IMG/VR virus record: IMGVR_UViG_3300046167_000798
DNA: 64,000 bases
Reading direction: 5' to 3' (one strand)
DNA from: a virus
Lineage: Duplodnaviria; Caudoviricetes
Notes under the pieces: model-generated
Databases searched by the model: none
Told to the model about the DNA's origin: nothing
Seen by the model: the letters and a program-made list of their open reading frames with translations, nothing else
Part shown: positions 58,883-64,000 of the stretch, one piece after another
Layout of the letters: each line of letters starts with the position of its first letter
How positions within the stretch are numbered: the first letter of the stretch is position 1
Made by a program: the position numbers and the translations under genes

Positions 58883-59269
58883 TTATATGAATAATTTATA
58901 ATCTTTTTCGTAACTAATAGCTTCAATCTCATATGGGTGAGTTACATAATCATATCCCATATTGTAATATCTTTTAAACCAAGATGGTGATTGTAAGTAG
59001 TGAATGTATTCGTGGATAAGAGTTTGAATAACCATTTTCTTAGATTTCATCTGTGGATAGTAAACTGTGATTTCGTTCATCATTGAACAATACTCAGCGT
59101 GACATTTATCTTCCTCACCTTGAGCACCTTCTTCACCACTATATTTTTCGTAGATGTTTTTGTGAAGTTCAACATATGGAGTACATTCTTGGAATTTAGA
59201 GAATCCATAGTGTTTCTCTATCTTTGGAAACACTTCATCGATTATTTTTAATACTTTATCTTTCAACAT
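58883..59269 (-). CDS. HExxH zincin-like metallopeptidase
   Basis: LIHEYIHYLQ, HPYEIEA. Confidence 0.7.
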   Translation of the reverse strand: MLKDKVLKIIDEVFPKIEKHYGFSKFQECTPYVELHKNIYEKYSGEEGAQGEEDKCHAEYCSMMNEITVYYPQMKSKKMVIQTLIHEYIHYLQSPSWFKRYYNMGYDYVTHPYEIEAISYEKDYKLFI

Positions 59270-59288
59270 ATCTTTCTTATTTACTATG

Positions 59289-59320
59289 TAAATATACGAA
59301 AAATATTTGAACTATCCAAG
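59289..59320 (-). promoter_or_regulatory. Class A promoter (CTTG-N20-TATATTTA)
   Basis: Consensus match. Confidence 0.72.
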
Positions 59321-59331
59321 CAAAAAGTGAA

Positions 59332-59733
59332 TTATTTTTTGTTAAATTCGATTACCTCGAAGATTCGTGTAGAAATTTTCTTAGTTCCTTCTACATTGGT
59401 AACGATGATTGAATTTTTGAATTTATTCCAATCTATTGCAAACTTTTTATCCAATACACCACCATTTTCTTCCTTAACTAATTCGTTAAGTGCATTAATT
59501 GTATAAAGAGTATTAGATTGTTTTTTACGATGTACTAAAATAGTATCATCTAAAGGTCTATCTGGTTTAAATGATGTATCTATATTATATGTAATAAATA
59601 ATTCATCTAAGTTTCCTTTATTTTGAAGAACGTAAATATAGTTATAGACAATATGATATGTCTCCCTAATTAGTTGTAAAGATTCTTGGAGTTTTTCCTT
59701 TGTTGTGAAAGTACATAATAACTGTGTTTGCAT
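59332..59733 (-). CDS. Hypothetical protein
   Basis: 133-aa ORF. Confidence 0.7.
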   Translation of the reverse strand: MQTQLLCTFTTKEKLQESLQLIRETYHIVYNYIYVLQNKGNLDELFITYNIDTSFKPDRPLDDTILVHRKKQSNTLYTINALNELVKEENGGVLDKKFAIDWNKFKNSIIVTNVEGTKKISTRIFEVIEFNKK

Positions 59734-59769
59734 AACTACCTGTTTAAATCGATTAGTTGATTTAACACA

Positions 59770-59778
59770 TATAAATAT
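59770..59778 (-). promoter_or_regulatory. Class B motif ATANTTATA
   Basis: ATATTTATA in intergenic gap. Confidence 0.45.
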
Positions 59779-59859
59779 TAAAAATTAAATGGAAAATGTT
59801 AAAATATTAACAAAAGGTAATGTACATCTGATTAGAGTTATATAAGAGGGGTTATAATA

Positions 59860-61912
59860 TTAATTTTCCCCATAAATAGCTACTAAGTTATTCAACTCTT
59901 TTTGTCTATTTTCTCTTTTCTTACCTTGTATATTTGGGTCTGCTAGTTGAACCTTTAATATTTCAATTCTTTTAGTATCTAATTGTTTGTTCATTTCTTT
60001 TCTTGCTTCATCAATCACTTCTTCTTGATTTTTATCATCTTCCAATGAACTACCAAAGTAACCAAATTTCTTAAACTCTTCAATGAGATATTCGTGGTCT
60101 TGTCCTTTACTTCTTCTTTTTGCACCACCCCTACTTCTACCAGCTTGTACATATACAGTTAAAGTTTTATTGAAAGGTTCTTGTTTGAAATCAATATCTT
60201 CCTTATTCTCAGGTAACTCTACTCCCTTTTCTTTCCAAAATGCCTTTACTTTATCATAATACTGTGGGTCTGCTGGAATTCCCTTTGATGGGTCTCCTCC
60301 TTCTAATTCAGTAATTGTTTTGGCATCAGGATGATAAAAATTATGAGCTTTCATCATTGCATTAGTTTCAGTACTATCCGCATTTCTGATACCATATTCG
60401 TTATATGGTGGATTATCTCCTCTACTAACTTTATCAGCATGATGTTCTCTAATTAATTTTTTTCTTAAGGTTTTATACTCATTCTGTAATTTCTTTTCCT
60501 CAGGATTCTCTGCTAACTTTCTTCTAATTGAATTTAATAAATCATTATCTATCAAATCACTCTTGAATTGATTTACAGGACCTGCCATTAAATCCATATT
60601 AGTATCAGGGTCATCATACTTAGCTTGTAATGGTTCTAAATCCTTTACAATATTTTGTTCTCTTTCACTTAGTTCATCTTTTCTCTTCTTCATTATCTCT
60701 TGTAATGAATTTCCATCAGCTGGTTTTTTAGCCTTAAGAGATAATCCTTCGTACTTACCCTGATTCTACAATATCAGATTCTGCAGTTGTAAATGGTAAT
60801 CTATGGTCTGGTTCCATATGACTTAGAGGTAATGGTTTACCTGTTACAGGACTTTTACAATCATTTTTCAAATATAATTTTAGAATCTTTTTTGCTCTTA
60901 TATATCCTGGTGAGTTTTTATCAATACCTGGATACCCATCCTCACCTTTTTTAAGTTTAGTAACTTTCGTTAAGTGTCTTGGTACTGCTCCTCCTGCAGA
61001 GAATTTTTTTAACAATTTACCAAAATCAGATGGTTCTAACTTTTCTTCGAAATAATCCATTGCAGTATCAACTTCATCATCAGTAACATTTCTCTGAATG
61101 ATAGATGGATGTACATATGGTTCTTCATTGAATTCCTCACCTTTTTCAAGTGCCTCTTTTCTTCTTCTATCTTGAACCATTCGTTTTTCAGTAAATTCTT
61201 TCAAATCCTTAACATCTTGTACTGATGGTGAGTTTGAACCTCCACCAGTTTTCAATCTAACTTTATCGTAATTTTCTTCAATAAATTTTAAGTTATCAGA
61301 TAACTTTTCATTTACTTTTATTATCTTTTCAGTACTTCTTTTACTACCAACTTCAAAAGTAGATGTATCTGGTTTTTCTTCAGAATCACTACTTGATTTA
61401 TCTTCTTTAGATTTCTTTACCCTATCTTCAAGTTCTTTAGATTTCTTTGCATAATCACTACCAGGTTTCAATGCACTACCTTGTGTGGGTTGAGTATCAT
61501 CGGTAGTATCATCTGAATTTCCTTTTGGGGAATCAATTTTTTTCTCAGTTCCTTGAGAACCAACTTCTTTATTTATTGCATCTCTTTCAGGTGTACCATC
61601 TTTTGGTAACATTTTTTCTGCAGCTATTCTACCTGGTGAATCTTTTGGTGAAGTTAATAGATTTCCAACAATACCTTCTTTCTCATTACCATTTTTATCT
61701 TTATACTTAACGGTTCTATTAAGAATTGGATTTTTAAATTTTCTTGGGTCTTCAGTAAGAAATTCAAAGATAGTTTGTTTTATATCATACTCACCCCACT
61801 CTGAAAGGATTTCAGACATGATTGATTGATGTTCTTTATTTTCTACATTAGGGATACCTACCCTATATGAGAGTTCTCTTACTAACTTATCTATTACTTT
61901 TTTATAATCCAT
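59860..61912 (-). CDS. ~683-aa protein with an internal HNH-like nuclease motif, after repairing one indel
   Basis: Extra G at 60758-60760; SPVTGKPL..MEPDHRLP...NMDLMAGPVNQFKSD. Confidence 0.6.
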
Positions 61913-61919
61913 ACTATAC

Positions 61920-61928
61920 TATAAATAT
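61920..61928 (-). promoter_or_regulatory. Class B motif ATANTTATA
   Basis: ATATTTATA 7 nt upstream of ATG 61912. Confidence 0.5.
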
Positions 61929-62825
61929 TAAGGTGCTGATGTTTTGTAAGGATGTGAACTTGGTAGAGAACTTGTTAATCCCCATTTGTGTGCAAGATAT
62001 CCTTCTGCTTTTATTAAATGTGTTAAATCAGTACCACTTGTACCAGGTATATTTGCTACTGCAAAGAATTCACCTAATTTACCATCCAATTCTTGAGATG
62101 ACCTGTTTCTCATCAACCTTAATTGTTGGTTTGTTTGTAATGAGTTATCATAATCATTTACAGGTGTGAATGCGTTTGTACCATCTACTCTAACACCGAT
62201 TTGGTTTCCACTCTTATTAAACCAACAAGCAACTACATGATATTGGTTTCTTGTTAAACTTTTATCATCCCATAATTCTACATTACCAATTGTAGAACTA
62301 ATTCTGTTAGAAAATAAACCATCCAAATCTAATTCACCTGGCCAAGAGTTTGAGTTGTTACCACTACTCAATGCATAATCTCTTTTTGGTGATTGATTTG
62401 TTTCATAACTCCAAAGTGTATCTTGGGTACTATTTGTTCCTTCAAATCTAAACACACCGATTGCCCAATGGTTACCATTTGATACTTGTGCTTCATTTGT
62501 ACTACTTTGTAGATAATCTCCATTACCATCAAAATCGAATACATTCAATCCGTTCTGAGTTGATGAGTTAGTTACTACATTACTACCAATATCTATTGTA
62601 TAAGTTCCTGATTTATCAGTTACAGAATCTAGGCCTGTTCCACTTCTTGTGTAAGTTGAAGAATCTGATGCATCAATCCAAGCAACAGTTGTGATATCAG
62701 TACTTGGTGACCAAGGATTTGAAAGCACTACCTGTCGGCCAGATGTGTTCGTTATTATAATAAACATCATCTACCGAAACATTATTAAAAGTAATGCCTT
62801 GTGCAGTATTAATCCTTCTGTCCAT
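61928..62825 (-). CDS. LamG/concanavalin-like virion (tail-associated) protein, ~298 aa after repairing one indel
   Basis: Extra T at 62722-62724 (start MDRRINTAQG..); WIDASD, DKSG, FDFDGNGDYL, EGYLAHKWGL, HPYK. Confidence 0.7.
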
Positions 62826-62827
62826 TT

Positions 62828-63233
62828 TTATCCTTGTATAATATATAAAGTACCACTAACTGGTGTAATTGCATCATAAGATGCAGATGTCATTACTTCT
62901 ATAATATTTGTTGAAGATGAACTTACAAATCCATCTAACTGAGATGAACCACTAACTAATCCACTTGGTAAAGTTGTATGTGATAAATCTGAAATTTGTG
63001 ATTCAGTAATTGTAATTTGAGAACTTCCACTAATTACTCCACTTGGAAGTTGGTCAGTCACAGAACCACTTAAAATTCCATCACCATTTGTATTTAAATA
63101 TTTTGTATCGAAGTTTGTTGTAGTGGTTGTTGAATCAACTAACCATGTTGTTCCATTGTAAATATAAACTGTACCATTACTTGCTGTATGTGTATCTCCG
63201 TTTGATTGCTCCATCAGGAAAATTGAAAGCCAT
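62828..63233 (-). CDS. Tail-fibre-like protein, ~134 aa after repairing one indel
   Basis: Extra A at 63206-63207; MAFNFPDGASNGDTHTASNGTVYIYNGTTW; LPSG(V/L)(I/V)SGSSQ repeats; SGTLYII. Confidence 0.65.
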
Positions 63234-63252
63234 AATTAAATCTCCTCTTTAG

Positions 63253-63261
63253 TATAAATAT
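63253..63261 (-). promoter_or_regulatory. Class B motif ATANTTATA
   Basis: ATATTTATA upstream of GAGGAG RBS and tail-fibre-like gene. Confidence 0.5.
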
Positions 63262-63873
63262 TAATGAGAATGTGTTACCTCATGTTCTTCCCACCCTTCG
63301 ATTGGCTTAACATTTGGAAATCTAAAACATCTATAACTACCATCGTTATCAAATCTAATGTGTTTTATCATATGAGTTGGAACGTGTCCACCTGTTGGTA
63401 AAACTTCATGTCCATCTATAAATTCTAAATTAACTGTAATAGTTAAGTTTGAATCATCATCCCATCTTCTTTCTTGTTCTTCTAATAATCTCCACTCACC
63501 TCTATTAAGATATTGGTTTTGTAGAGCACAATTTAAAAACGAGAATGTTTGTCGTAGATTTTCTTTAGAATCGGAAAAAGTTGCTGGCTGGAGCAAGATG
63601 ACCTTTATCCCATACGTTTGCATAATAGTCAGCATTATCAGATGTATGATAATCTGCTTCATTATAAAAATTCATTGAACCTCTATCTACATTTTTTGGT
63701 CTATTAGTTGATGTGTAAATTAATTGAACAGGTTGTTCTAATACTTCGTTGTACCAAACTTTAAATACCGCATTTTCAACAATTACATTTTCTCTTAAGT
63801 CTTGTGCAACAATTCCGTCTGGTTCACATCCCCACAAGATGAATGATAACAGTAATATTTTAAATAATTTCAT
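63261..63873 (-). CDS. Lipoprotein DNA/RNA non-specific endonuclease (NucA/EndoG family), ~203 aa after repairing one indel
   Basis: Lipobox MKLFKILLLSFILWGC; WDKGHLAPAATF; NCALQNQYLNRGEWRLLE; extra C at 63586-63587. Confidence 0.85.
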
Positions 63874-63899
63874 AATTTTCCTTATTTTTTTAATGTATA

Positions 63900-63908
63900 T
63901 ATAAATAT
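63900..63908 (-). promoter_or_regulatory. Class B motif ATANTTATA
   Basis: ATATTTATA in the gap upstream of the nuclease. Confidence 0.45.
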
Positions 63909-64000
63909 GGTTTTATATTAAATTTGTATTTTTTGAATCTAATTTAGTATTTGTTACTACATAATCTAAATAAGAATTATTTTCATGGATTATTTCAATA

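Overview
AT-rich window (roughly 30% GC by eye) with dense coding almost entirely on the minus strand. It reads as part of a large T4-like (jumbo) phage of Bacteroidota, probably marine Flavobacteriia. The phage call rests on a T4-type replisome (polB, gp44/62 clamp loader, gp45 clamp, gp41-like helicase, gp32-like SSB, RecA/UvsX, RNase H/FEN) and tail-fibre-like genes. The host call rests on 11 Bacteroidota-type -33/-7 promoters, a Bacteroidota-type TonB-dependent receptor, NadE and an Hc1-like protein. Main blocks: (1) 1.8-10.8 kb, an operon of secreted/outer-membrane proteins (two CsgG-fold proteins, two cohesin/dockerin-like proteins each followed by a T9SS-CTD-like lipoprotein, and a beta-barrel protein with a ~290-aa acidic stalk); (2) 11-26 kb, a glycan cluster (CMP-ulosonate synthetase, two sialyltransferase-like domains, PRK-aldolase fusion, SIS-HAD fusion, many GTs); (3) 26-59 kb, replication and metabolism (NadE, IMPDH/GMPR, TBDR, GroEL, two SPPY methyltransferases, PLP enzyme, RNR with an intervening SET gene, Hc1-like protein); (4) 59-64 kb, an HNH-containing protein, tail-fibre-like genes and a lipoprotein nuclease. 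Fourteen single-base insertions split 11 genes and are probably long-read consensus errors; repaired gene coordinates are given. All protein calls come from manual motif recognition, not database searches. No tRNA, rRNA or CRISPR array was seen.
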